This document shows positions 55,249 through 64,000 of a DNA stretch of 64,000 nucleotides, piece by piece. The stretch covers positions 2,689-66,688 of the IMG/VR virus record IMGVR_UViG_3300005804_000111. The stretch is one strand, 5' to 3'. Made by a program: the position numbers and the translations under genes. Positions within the stretch are counted from its first letter, which is position 1, and every line of letters begins with the position of its first letter. Under the pieces are notes generated by a model. The model was given only the letters and a program-made list of their open reading frames with translations, did no database searches and had not been told where the DNA came from. The DNA is from a virus.

Positions 55249-58200
55249 TTAATAGGTTGCTTCAGGTACGGTGCCACGCTTATTCTCACGCCTGATATAC
55301 TGCTCAATCTGACGCGGATCGAACGAGCCGCCTTTCTGCTGTCCGGCCAACTGCTGCAAACTTGCTACGGTCTGTTGCACAAGGTTTCGTGTTTCGCGCA
55401 ACCCTTCATTCAGACCACCTTTGCCACTAATAGACGACGCCGCCCGTTCAATAGCATCAGGCCAAGATTCAAGCGCGGCCTGAATGTTCTTGCTCGTCAT
55501 AAGGGCATCAGTCGATGCGCCAAGATAGCCCTTTGCCTCTTCAGCCTGTTTGATATGCTTGTTTGCAATCTCTTCCTCAAACTTCTGCTGCTGCTTGAGC
55601 AATTCAATTTTCTTGTCGTCAAGATTGAACCCAAAGCTGAAGCCACTCTGCTTTAACGAATCGAGCACCTTTTCCATTTCCTGAGTAGACTTGATAATCT
55701 GTTCAGGAGTCCGGGCCAGTGTCGATTCTCGTTGCGCCATATCCCATGCACGCTGAAATTCCCTCTGAGCCTCATACGTTTTACCTTGTGCAAGCAAAGC
55801 CTGACCGAGTTTGATACTTGTGCTGTTCAGCGCCGTCACTGACGTATGAGCCTTGTCAATTGCTGCATTGACAACTTTCCAGTGTCCGGCTACTTTTGCC
55901 GCTGCATCGCCTACCTGATCGAGCGCGTGTTTCCAGAGCTTCGTATCGTTGCCCGACTGAATAAGCAGGTTGTTCGCAACCTGAAGGGAACGAACGTGAT
56001 TCTGCATTTCCTGAAAAGGCGTCAAGTCCTGATCCTTTATTGACATCATCTTCTGACGTACCTTTTCAACAGAATCAACCACGTCAAGCAAGACAGTACG
56101 CTGCGCCTCTTCGTCCTGTCTGATTTTTTCCTCATGCTGTTTCTGACGTTCGAGCAACGTCACTAATTGCTGACGAGATTGCAAGGCTTTCTCTGCCAGC
56201 TTATCAGCTTCTTTGGAATCCTTATTTTGATTATTTGCGTGCAATGCGTTCTCTTCATCAATTCTCACACGCTCTTTCATCTTTGCAATCTGTTCATCAA
56301 GCGTCTTGTTGTTCAGGAGCAATTCATAACGATATGCCTTTTCGCTATCAAGCACTCCAAGCATAGATTTGAAGTCTTTTGCTTCCGGGGGAATGTATTT
56401 TTTGGATTCAGCAAGTTTCATTGCTGCATCAACATTGCCCGATTTCGCGGCCTTGGCATACCCTTGCTGCTCAAGCTGTTTGGCCTTTTTCAGAACCTCA
56501 TCCATATCCTTGCTTTGCGCCTTGAGATTCTGCATCTGATCCGCAGTGATCGCACGCGCCATAATCCAACTGTGACCAAGCGCCTGATTTGCTGCCGTAA
56601 GGCGTCTGATCGCTTCATCCTCATCATTGGTATACTTGAGCAATTTTCCAAGCCAAGAAACAGCTTCGCTCTGTTCGGTATTTGAGGCCCAAGCCTGTTT
56701 CATGCGTTTCCACTGATTCTCGAAAGAGGCAAGACGCCGATCGGATATTTCCTTGAGGCGATCCTCCATCGAACCCTCAGTGAGTCCCTTCAGGATCGCG
56801 TCATACTCCTTGAGGGCATCAACCTGAGCCAGCAACGCCCGGAGCGCCCGGACATTGAATACCTCGGAAACATCAGCCATTGCATCAAGCCGCTTGGTTA
56901 CAAGGTCAGACTGTTCTGCCATCTTATGCAGAAATTCCGTAAACTGCAACGGCTTTGTTGGATCAAGCGCAATTCCAAGCTCAGAAGCAATTTTTTTGTA
57001 ATTCTTCGCAACCTCCAGAAGCTCTTGAGCAAGACCAGTTCCCGCAGTAGAACCAAAAAGCATTGCGTTATTTGCTACAGCAATAGCCGCCGTCAATTCA
57101 TTGAACGAAACGCCGGTTGCTTTCGCAACACCAGCCGCATATTTATATGACTGCATGAGCGTGTCAATCGTAGCCTGAGACTTGATATTCGCATAAGCAA
57201 TCGTACCGGCAATACCAGCAAACTTTTCCTGCTCTGTAGTCGCTCCCTTGATTTCGTTTCCGAACTGTTTATACAGCCCGGCCAGAAGCCGCGTTGACTG
57301 ATTGATATTCTCTGCTCCGGCCAAAACAAGCTGCATGGCTGGATCCATTGCCGCATACGTCTCAGTAACCGAAAGACCGGCTGATTTCAGTTCCCACATG
57401 ACTTCCGAAACTTCTTTGAACGACTTGCCAAAGGCTACGGAACTGATCGCAATTCTCTTCTGGATTTCTCCATAGTTTATCGCCGCGTTGCTTTCGTCAA
57501 CAAATGCAGAGGCTACGCGGTGAATAGCGGAATCCATTTCAATAGATGCATCGGCAACGGCCTTGAACCCTGCCGCAATCCCAGCAAGGATCGAACCCCA
57601 AATCAGGATCGTACCAAAGCGCGATGCCGCGATAAACGCAAGCTGCTCCTTGAAATACTGCGATGCTATCGCCGCTTTTTCTGTCGATGCGGTGAACGCC
57701 TTGAGCGTCTGGATCGGATGCGTGACAAGCTGTTGACTGAACAACTGAGACTGCCTGGATGCTTCATAGGCACCAGCCTCAAACTGCTTGAGCTTTTCGA
57801 CACTCCCGGCCATCTGCACTGAAAACCGGCCAAGTGCAGAGGCGTCAAGCTGCGCGGTTGCCCGTTGCAATGCCGCAACGCCCTGTGTCGCTTTCCGGGC
57901 CTCGGTGTCCATTTGCCTGAATGAGTCCTTGAATGCCTTTGCTGATTCAGCCGCGCTTTTGTTGCTTGTCTGCCCGGTCAACCAATCGAAGCCCCCGGAC
58001 TTGGTAATGTTTGCATTGGATATTTGCTGTTGTGCAAGAGCGATATTCCGATATGACTGAGCAAGTTTCTCTGCCGATTCTTTCGCCTTGAGCATTTCGG
58101 CATCCTGCCGCGACATTTCCCTGTTCGATTCTTCAATTTCCTTTTGAATCATTGACTGATACTGGTTGAATATCTTTGTCGCATTGGTCAGGCCGAATAT

Positions 58201-58368
58201 TTTTGTAATGACTTGCTCAATCTCTTTTTCTTCTTTTGCAAACGCTTCGCCAAGTCCGATTGCAACCCGTTCGGCCTGTAACATTTGCGCCTGAATGTAG
58301 CGCACGGCATTACCGAATCGTTCCTCACCCTCGGATTGCCACTGTGCAAGAATGGTATTATCAGCCAT
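55249..58368 (-). CDS. Tape measure protein (TP901-type core)
   Basis: 1039 aa; SFKEVSE.MWEL..AG, GSTAGTGL. Confidence 0.9.
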   Translation of the reverse strand: MADNTILAQWQSEGEERFGNAVRYIQAQMLQAERVAIGLGEAFAKEEKEIEQVITKIFGLTNATKIFNQYQSMIQKEIEESNREMSRQDAEMLKAKESAEKLAQSYRNIALAQQQISNANITKSGGFDWLTGQTSNKSAAESAKAFKDSFRQMDTEARKATQGVAALQRATAQLDASALGRFSVQMAGSVEKLKQFEAGAYEASRQSQLFSQQLVTHPIQTLKAFTASTEKAAIASQYFKEQLAFIAASRFGTILIWGSILAGIAAGFKAVADASIEMDSAIHRVASAFVDESNAAINYGEIQKRIAISSVAFGKSFKEVSEVMWELKSAGLSVTETYAAMDPAMQLVLAGAENINQSTRLLAGLYKQFGNEIKGATTEQEKFAGIAGTIAYANIKSQATIDTLMQSYKYAAGVAKATGVSFNELTAAIAVANNAMLFGSTAGTGLAQELLEVAKNYKKIASELGIALDPTKPLQFTEFLHKMAEQSDLVTKRLDAMADVSEVFNVRALRALLAQVDALKEYDAILKGLTEGSMEDRLKEISDRRLASFENQWKRMKQAWASNTEQSEAVSWLGKLLKYTNDEDEAIRRLTAANQALGHSWIMARAITADQMQNLKAQSKDMDEVLKKAKQLEQQGYAKAAKSGNVDAAMKLAESKKYIPPEAKDFKSMLGVLDSEKAYRYELLLNNKTLDEQIAKMKERVRIDEENALHANNQNKDSKEADKLAEKALQSRQQLVTLLERQKQHEEKIRQDEEAQRTVLLDVVDSVEKVRQKMMSIKDQDLTPFQEMQNHVRSLQVANNLLIQSGNDTKLWKHALDQVGDAAAKVAGHWKVVNAAIDKAHTSVTALNSTSIKLGQALLAQGKTYEAQREFQRAWDMAQRESTLARTPEQIIKSTQEMEKVLDSLKQSGFSFGFNLDDKKIELLKQQQKFEEEIANKHIKQAEEAKGYLGASTDALMTSKNIQAALESWPDAIERAASSISGKGGLNEGLRETRNLVQQTVASLQQLAGQQKGGSFDPRQIEQYIRRENKRGTVPEATY

Positions 58369-58642
58369 TATCTAGTTCCTCGCTCTTGTCCCATGAATAC
58401 CGGAAAGCATCATTTTTGCCCTGAATAATAAAGAGCTTTCCCCCTGCTTTCGGTTTCCGTTCATTCTCCTGTGCCTTGTGTTCGTAGTGATAACCGAGTA
58501 TGCGGAGCTTCTGCATCGTCCATCCCGTATTGCGTCGGTTATCTCCGAACCAGATGTCTTCGAGAATGTCGAACGGATTGCCGCCGAACTCCGATGCTAC
58601 ATTGACAGCGGCCCCCAACAGTGGAAAGCGTGCTAATTTTTT
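58361..58642 (-). CDS. Chaperone T segment, reached by -1 frameshift at A AAA AAT (58642-58636)
   Basis: The -1 frame is open (KKLARFPLLG...) to the tape measure start. Confidence 0.78.
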   Translation of the reverse strand, partial: KKLARFPLLGAAVNVASEFGGNPFDILEDIWFGDNRRNTGWTMQKLRILGYHYEHKAQENERKPKAGGKLFIIQGKNDAFRYSWDKSEELDNG

Positions 58643-58989
58643 GCTGCAAACTCCGAAACAGTAAATCCAAATACATGCTGATTTATTGCCCCCTGAAGCT
58701 CCATTCGCACATAGCCCTGTACCGTAATATCTTCCGGCTTGGCCCATACCTTGTTCCCGTTGCCGTCACGGATACAGTGACACATGAGATAATTCATTCC
58801 GGCCCGGAGTGATGTCTTGTCATTCGGGTCAATCATCTCTGTGTAGGATCGCAGTTCTTCGTCTGTCGCCGGATGCACGAACAGGTCGAACTTTTCCGTA
58901 CCAACACGCACGGTAATCGGGACAGGCTGCGCGGAAAGCTGATTGATGACATCGCCAATACTGCGGTTATGCTTCTTATCTTTTTTCAT
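58633..58989 (-). CDS. Tail assembly chaperone G
   Basis: CIRDGNGNKVW; ends in A AAA AAT TAG. Confidence 0.8.
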   Translation of the reverse strand: MKKDKKHNRSIGDVINQLSAQPVPITVRVGTEKFDLFVHPATDEELRSYTEMIDPNDKTSLRAGMNYLMCHCIRDGNGNKVWAKPEDITVQGYVRMELQGAINQHVFGFTVSEFAAKN

Positions 58990-59030
58990 GGTCAATCTCC
59001 CGTTGTCGTTTTTTCCCGTTGCGAAATAAA

Positions 59031-59110
59031 GGCGTCAGGCACGGGATAACACCTGACGCCCCCATGTGCCGGACAAAGCCCGACACGATTGCCCAGGAGG
59101 GTCAGGGCAA
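59031..59110 (-). terminator. Three-hairpin element ending in a terminator-like stem
   Basis: TTGCCC/GGGCAA, GTGTCGG/CCGGCAC, GGCGTCAGG/CCTGACGCC plus TTTATTT. Confidence 0.55.
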
Positions 59111-59112
59111 CC

Positions 59113-59922
59113 TTACGCCAGTGTTTTTACGCGATAGACATAAATAGCCGTCGCGTCGATTTCGTATGATGCTTCCTTGTCCGTACCTTCAGGCTTTGGG
59201 AATACTGCCTTGTTGAGCGTGCATTTGTAAAAAATCAGCTTTTCCATGATAAGCTCACCGGTTGTTGCATCGGGATACCACCAGATGATCGCCACGAAAA
59301 ACGGATTGCTGTTGCGGCCAATCTGATTTGCTACGCCGCTGTTCGCATTCCACTGAGCGCCGAAAATCGACTTTTCAATGTCAGACGGGCCGTATTTACG
59401 CCGGAGCAGTTTGCGGTCATATGCGCCCTTGATATTGACGGTGTACTTATCATCATCGTTGCTCGTTGTGCGATAGACATACGCATTGCTGCCGAATGCC
59501 TTGACATCGGCAACCTTCACCGGCAAGTCAGCAACCGGCTCAACCGTCTGAACGCCCGGAACAAACTTGGCGAATGTTACGGTCACAACGTCTGATCCGG
59601 TCAGGGGCGTGGTAAAGGCAGAAAATACGCCAGTTCCCGGCGTTGCTGTGTATTCCGTGGTCGCTAAAAGCGTACCGTTTTTGTAGACCATCGGAACAAG
59701 CTCAGTGCTGTATGCGCCACCAGAGGCCGTTGCGGTGTTTGCCGACGCATTGACCGCACAGTTTTCCTTGAAGCGCCCCGGAAAGAGTGCTGCAAGGACA
59801 GCATCAGCCGCCGCTTTGTCCGTGGTCAGATCGCCATTGCCGGTATAGCTGCCGATAACTACTACACAATCTTCCTGCTTCAACGTCACAATGTCATTTT
59901 CATGCTGATCGAAGAGAGCCAT
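59113..59922 (-). CDS. Major tail tube protein
   Basis: Upstream of the chaperone; P...GTDKEASYEIDATA C-terminus. Confidence 0.75.
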   Translation of the reverse strand: MALFDQHENDIVTLKQEDCVVVIGSYTGNGDLTTDKAAADAVLAALFPGRFKENCAVNASANTATASGGAYSTELVPMVYKNGTLLATTEYTATPGTGVFSAFTTPLTGSDVVTVTFAKFVPGVQTVEPVADLPVKVADVKAFGSNAYVYRTTSNDDDKYTVNIKGAYDRKLLRRKYGPSDIEKSIFGAQWNANSGVANQIGRNSNPFFVAIIWWYPDATTGELIMEKLIFYKCTLNKAVFPKPEGTDKEASYEIDATAIYVYRVKTLA

Positions 59923-59944
59923 TTTTTTATTACCTCCATGAAAT

Positions 59945-59975
59945 AAAAAAGGCCCGTAAGCAATGCTTACGAGCC
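59945..59975 (-). terminator. Intrinsic terminator
   Basis: GGCTCGTAAGCA-T-TGCTTACGGGCC followed by TTTTTT. Confidence 0.7.
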
Positions 59976-60000
59976 TTGATGTCTGTTTTTACTATTCAGC

Positions 60001-60429
60001 TTAGAAGGTGATTATCAATTCTCCCTTCGCCCTGTTTCCCTGACTGTCTTTTCGGCTTTCAGAAAAATCGAACCGGCTTACCGTCATTTCCCCCTCGGCA
60101 AGCGTCTTTGTCGTTCCGCTCCATAGCCAGAACGTCAACCGTTCGCCCTCAGTGAATGCCCCTGCAATAAGCCGGAATTTTTCCTGACTGTCTGTTTCAG
60201 TATTTGTCGGGGGCCGGTTCAATGTATCCTTAACCTCTACAACAAAGTCGAATACATAGTCATGCAGCACGCCGCCGAACTGTTGGTCTTTCGACCTTAC
60301 CCGTTCCCGGAAATCGAGATAATGACAGGGAACGTCATGCTCACCGGGGGGGATGTCTGAATACCCGGTACTGTCCGGCAACCGCGCCCGGATATTTTCG
60401 ATAATTGATTTCCTGATGTCGTCAATCAT
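60001..60429 (-). CDS. Tail terminator-like protein
   Basis: Position upstream of the tube gene; size. Confidence 0.55.
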   Translation of the reverse strand: MIDDIRKSIIENIRARLPDSTGYSDIPPGEHDVPCHYLDFRERVRSKDQQFGGVLHDYVFDFVVEVKDTLNRPPTNTETDSQEKFRLIAGAFTEGERLTFWLWSGTTKTLAEGEMTVSRFDFSESRKDSQGNRAKGELIITF

Positions 60430-60432
60430 GTC

Positions 60433-60879
60433 TTACCTCATGAACCCGATTATTCTTTTCTTCGCCCCCGGCCCGACCTTTGCCGTGATCCGCACGCCCG
60501 GAGCTTCACGGCTTGAAATCGGTATCGGTTGCCCCGGAGCCGGAGAAATGTCGATATAGCCTTCTTCTGCAAGCACGTCCTGAAACGGTTGTCTCTGTCC
60601 GGCAATGTTGAATCGTTTGGATGCCGGATTGTGGTAATCCTTCGCCGTGGTAATCGGCTTGCCTTTCGGCGTGGTGCCAATCAGGTATTTGAGCGAAATC
60701 GTATCTTTCTGCAAATCAATCTGCACATATTGACCGAGACGGCCAAGCCGCATTTTGATTTTTGCGCCAAGGTATTCAATTTCACGGTCAAGCGCCTTTT
60801 GAATGTTCCCGGAGAAATGCGCCCGTTGCAATGCTATCGCCCGATTGAACTCCCGCAAGCCCTTCAGTGCGAAGCTCAT
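60433..60879 (-). CDS. Neck/tail completion-like protein
   Basis: Basic; LKGLREF.RA N-terminus; position. Confidence 0.5.
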   Translation of the reverse strand: MSFALKGLREFNRAIALQRAHFSGNIQKALDREIEYLGAKIKMRLGRLGQYVQIDLQKDTISLKYLIGTTPKGKPITTAKDYHNPASKRFNIAGQRQPFQDVLAEEGYIDISPAPGQPIPISSREAPGVRITAKVGPGAKKRIIGFMR

Positions 60880-60880
60880 G

Positions 60881-61840
60881 TCATACCCGCCGAAGCTGCC
60901 CGGTACTCGTCACGCCGATAATGCGCCGGTCTGTCAAAAAGTCGCCGCCTGATTGCGTGAATCCGAATACTTTACCCTCTTCTCTCGTTGCCGGGTAACA
61001 CTGAACCGCCCCGCCCTGAGACATTGGCTTTGTATCGCCACTGTTCTTATGCAGGCCGTATTTCTTTCTGATTTCGGTTGCCTGATACTGCATACCCGAA
61101 ATGACAACGGGATCAGTGTTGCCGTTTGCAATGGCCCGGTCAATGCGAATTTCCAAAAGCCGGAGCTTGACCAATTCGATAATGTCAGCCCCATAATGCC
61201 GGAGCCGGTCACGCGGAATATAGAGCCGCCAGAATGTCGTGTTGCGAACCAGAGCGGTATCGCCGGTCAACTGCCACTTGAGCGCCACGAAACTTGACGG
61301 GATGCGTGATACATCGACATAGCCGGTTGTACCGTTCTCGATAGTCAATTCTGCACCATGATCCGCAACCAACCATGATTCACGATTATCAAGCGACACA
61401 TCAAGTACAACCGTCCCGGTAACGTCAGCATCGATTTTGATGAACGCAACGTCAGGCTCTTCAAGAGTGATACCGTAATCATCAACAAAGTCCGCGCTCT
61501 GGATTCTCCCGGTTGCCTTGCCGGTTGCAACCCGCAAGCCCTTGTTGACGAAAATATCAACCGGACTGTTCGCCACGTCTGCCTCATTGTTAAGGAAGAT
61601 CGACGCGTCAATTTGAGGCGTCACGCCGTCATCTTCATACAGAATGCTTTTACTCACCTGATCGCGCATAGGGAGAAACTGAAATGAATCCTCCCGGATC
61701 GACAAGCGCCCCATGTGCGATTCAAGATCGCCAATAGCCGCGATAATCAATGATGTGTAGTAGGCATCCTTGCGGAGCTTTGTCGTCCCGTCATCGTTCG
61801 CCTCGATACGGATTCTCTGGATGATCTCTGATATTGTCAT
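60881..61840 (-). CDS. Head-tail adaptor-like protein
   Basis: MTISEIIQRIR..A.D N-terminus. Confidence 0.55.
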   Translation of the reverse strand: MTISEIIQRIRIEANDDGTTKLRKDAYYTSLIIAAIGDLESHMGRLSIREDSFQFLPMRDQVSKSILYEDDGVTPQIDASIFLNNEADVANSPVDIFVNKGLRVATGKATGRIQSADFVDDYGITLEEPDVAFIKIDADVTGTVVLDVSLDNRESWLVADHGAELTIENGTTGYVDVSRIPSSFVALKWQLTGDTALVRNTTFWRLYIPRDRLRHYGADIIELVKLRLLEIRIDRAIANGNTDPVVISGMQYQATEIRKKYGLHKNSGDTKPMSQGGAVQCYPATREEGKVFGFTQSGGDFLTDRRIIGVTSTGQLRRV

Positions 61841-62205
61841 GGCACCCCCCTGAACTTGATTCCGAAATTGCCGCGCTCCCGCCAGCCGATATACGCCATG
61901 ATCCTTTCGCCATAATATGAGACAAACGGATACCCGATACTGACGCGCTTCCGCACTCCGTCTGTTATCTCAATCTTGTATACCCGGTGCCACTTCCAAC
62001 CACCATTAGGATTGAACACGTCACGAGGATACATGCCGATAACCTCACGCGGCTTGTGAGCAAACCCGATAACGTACCATGTGAAATTGTGCATAAAGTT
62101 TCGGAGTCGCCAACGTAACTGTCGATACCATTCCGGCTTGCCGATATACAGATCAGCCGGGCAATTCGGTTCATCGTCATTCTGAAACAGCCATGCAATT
62201 TTCAC
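61837..62205 (-). CDS. Conserved aromatic-rich phage protein
   Basis: RN..HNFTWYVIG, YIGWR..GNFGIK. Confidence 0.6.
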   Translation of the reverse strand: MKIAWLFQNDDEPNCPADLYIGKPEWYRQLRWRLRNFMHNFTWYVIGFAHKPREVIGMYPRDVFNPNGGWKWHRVYKIEITDGVRKRVSIGYPFVSYYGERIMAYIGWRERGNFGIKFRGVP

Positions 62206-62633
62206 AGTTTCGCCCTCAATTCTTTTTTCTTCGCAACCTTATCTTTCAGTGATTTCTTGATATGGGTTTCTTTCAAGGCTTTGCTGGTCAGGAGCGCATC
62301 ATACAATTCTTCCAGAGCGTCCGAAAGATCAACCTGCAAAGCGTCATATTCTGCCTTTGCTTTCTTCTTTTCCGCATCAGGATCAACCGGACGCGGTGTA
62401 TTGATCCATGTGCGCGTTGCTCCATTCAGTTCAGCAAAAACCATGTACTTTTCCAAATCCTGTTCCGGTTCATTCGTGTCTGTAACCTTTTGCAATCCGA
62501 GTGCCGATATGCCTGCATTTGAAAGCCCTGTCTCCCATCCAACAAGATATTGCACGCCGTCCTTGTCCGACCATGCAGCACCAAGAGGGACATATTTGTT
62601 CAGCGGCGCATAATAATACAGATACGTTTCCAT
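62202..62633 (-). CDS. Fibre assembly chaperone-like protein
   Basis: Directly downstream of the fibre gene; helical C-terminus. Confidence 0.5.
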   Translation of the reverse strand: METYLYYYAPLNKYVPLGAAWSDKDGVQYLVGWETGLSNAGISALGLQKVTDTNEPEQDLEKYMVFAELNGATRTWINTPRPVDPDAEKKKAKAEYDALQVDLSDALEELYDALLTSKALKETHIKKSLKDKVAKKKELRAKL

Positions 62634-62635
62634 CG

Positions 62636-64000
62636 TTACCTCGCATTCCCGTATTTCATCGGTCTGTCAGCAATAGCCCACCAGATATATTTCCCGCGTC
62701 CATATCCGTAGGCGCCATCGTAATTATCAAAATCAGTATTACTGGTTTCATAAATATCAAAGCCTGTGGATGTGATGTATACGCCGCCATTCGGCAATAT
62801 ACCCTCAACCCCGGCTGAATTGAAATACAGCACTGATTCCGCGCCCGGAATAGCGTCACGCAAGGTATCAATCCATACCCAATTACCGGCATAATATCCG
62901 TATACGCTCTTAATCATGATGAAACGGGGCGTGAACCCGCAGTGCTGAAAATTATGTTGTCCTTTCCCGTAATATGAACCCATCGCCATAAAGCCTGGGA
63001 TTTCCGCAAAGCAGTAGGCAATATGGTTTACTCCATTCGCATTTACCGCATCATTCGTTCCGAGAGTGACAACATTTGCTGTTGGGGCTGTGTTATTCCA
63101 AATCTCTGATGCTGTTGTGAAATTGATCGTATTATCCCAATCGAGACAACCTGTTGCCGGGGAAACTGCCATGTCTTTGTGATAATTAACCCATGAATAA
63201 TTCGCCCGGTTCTTGACTAAAATCAACGCCGGAGCTTTCCCCAATCCATGCCCGATTGTAGCCCCTGCCGAATCATTCCCGACATACGAGACAATGCTAT
63301 ATCCACGAACAGGATCAGCCGAGACTTGAGAAACAATGGAACCATCATTATTCGTTACTGCCGTGCCAGCATCTCGGAATAACCATGACACATAGTTATA
63401 GCCGTTTGCATTCATGGTCGCACATGCGCCGAGCGAATACCCATCAGCGTTAAATGCAGTAACACCGGTTGCGTCAGTTCCTTCAGCCCCGGCGTAACTT
63501 GGATACAGAATTTTATCAACCCCGCGCACTCGGTCAACAATTCCGGGATGCACGCCATTGTAATTCCGGGCCTTGAATCCTACAAATCCCGGCTGAAACT
63601 TGAATCCGGTTCTGTTCCGCGCCGCGCCATTTCCGGCATAAATATCCATATCAAAATACAGACGCGGGTTCATGACTTTCGGTTGCGGTAGATTCTGAAC
63701 ACAGAGCGTTTTGAATCCAACTGGCTTTGATCCTTGAAATGGTTGTGCTCCAAAGTTCAGAGCGGCTTGACCGTAATTGGTGTCAGATCGCTTACATGTC
63801 ATTGCTCCAAAGCGATACTCAACCCCTGTTGCAATTGTAAATGCCGGATTTGCGCCAGTCTCAGGATTGCCGGAACCCCACCATCCGTTTGCTACATCGC
63901 CAAACCAAAGTTTACCGTTGTCCAGATCAACAGCAACACGAACAAGGCCGCTACTATCCGCACCATAAGTAACGCCCCAAGCTGTAGCTGATGCATTGAG
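62636..64000 (-). CDS. SPRY-domain virion fibre/spike protein (5' end outside window)
   Basis: Frame open to 64000 (VAVDLDNGKLWFG...GNPETGANPAF); LNFGAQPF, GFKTLC, HGLGKAP, CGFTPRFIMIK. Confidence 0.85.
   Translation of the reverse strand, partial: LNASATAWGVTYGADSSGLVRVAVDLDNGKLWFGDVANGWWGSGNPETGANPAFTIATGVEYRFGAMTCKRSDTNYGQAALNFGAQPFQGSKPVGFKTLCVQNLPQPKVMNPRLYFDMDIYAGNGAARNRTGFKFQPGFVGFKARNYNGVHPGIVDRVRGVDKILYPSYAGAEGTDATGVTAFNADGYSLGACATMNANGYNYVSWLFRDAGTAVTNNDGSIVSQVSADPVRGYSIVSYVGNDSAGATIGHGLGKAPALILVKNRANYSWVNYHKDMAVSPATGCLDWDNTINFTTASEIWNNTAPTANVVTLGTNDAVNANGVNHIAYCFAEIPGFMAMGSYYGKGQHNFQHCGFTPRFIMIKSVYGYYAGNWVWIDTLRDAIPGAESVLYFNSAGVEGILPNGGVYITSTGFDIYETSNTDFDNYDGAYGYGRGKYIWWAIADRPMKYGNAR

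Larger units (their letters stand above)
35455..64000. mobile_element. Prophage B (continues beyond the right edge)
   Basis: Second tape measure, tube and chaperone set; lower GC; begins at the att core. Confidence 0.8.

Noticed and set aside
1-64000. One large phage with an internal attP
   Set aside because: Two unrelated tape measure/tube/chaperone/terminator sets, different composition and mismatched arm repeats; not fully excluded without flanking sequence

Overview
The window is entirely phage DNA and reads best as two different temperate long-tailed prophages joined back to back at a 46-bp tRNA-Gly(CCC) 3' fragment (35455-35500). Prophage A (1-35500, GC-richer; left end outside the window) is lambda-like. 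On the minus strand it carries tail tip, tape measure, tail tube, a lysis and decoration cassette, a protease-capsid fusion, lambda-type portal, gpA/Nu1-like terminase, a cos-like site, and replication and early genes. On the plus strand it carries a repressor and a tyrosine integrase that ends at the att core. Prophage B (35455-64000, continues past the right edge) begins with a Xis-like HTH gene and an accessory or DNA-modification operon. Next come an AT-rich control region with a parS-like palindrome and operator repeats, then a divergent plus-strand block (sliding-clamp homologue, small proteins, a deleted DUF3560-methylase relic, a second tyrosine recombinase), and finally a second, unrelated tail module. 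The SSB C-terminus (PPDEITDLEPF) suggests a Nitrospirota (Thermodesulfovibrionia-like) host, which is an inference. No CRISPR array, reverse transcriptase, rRNA or intact tRNA was found. The most interesting items are the hybrid att junction, the parS/clamp/recombinase set in B, exported virion-like proteins sharing an N-terminal peptide with a deacetylase, a holin-lipoprotein fusion, and a recent gene-segment exchange between the two phages. Family names come from motif recognition by eye, not from database searches.
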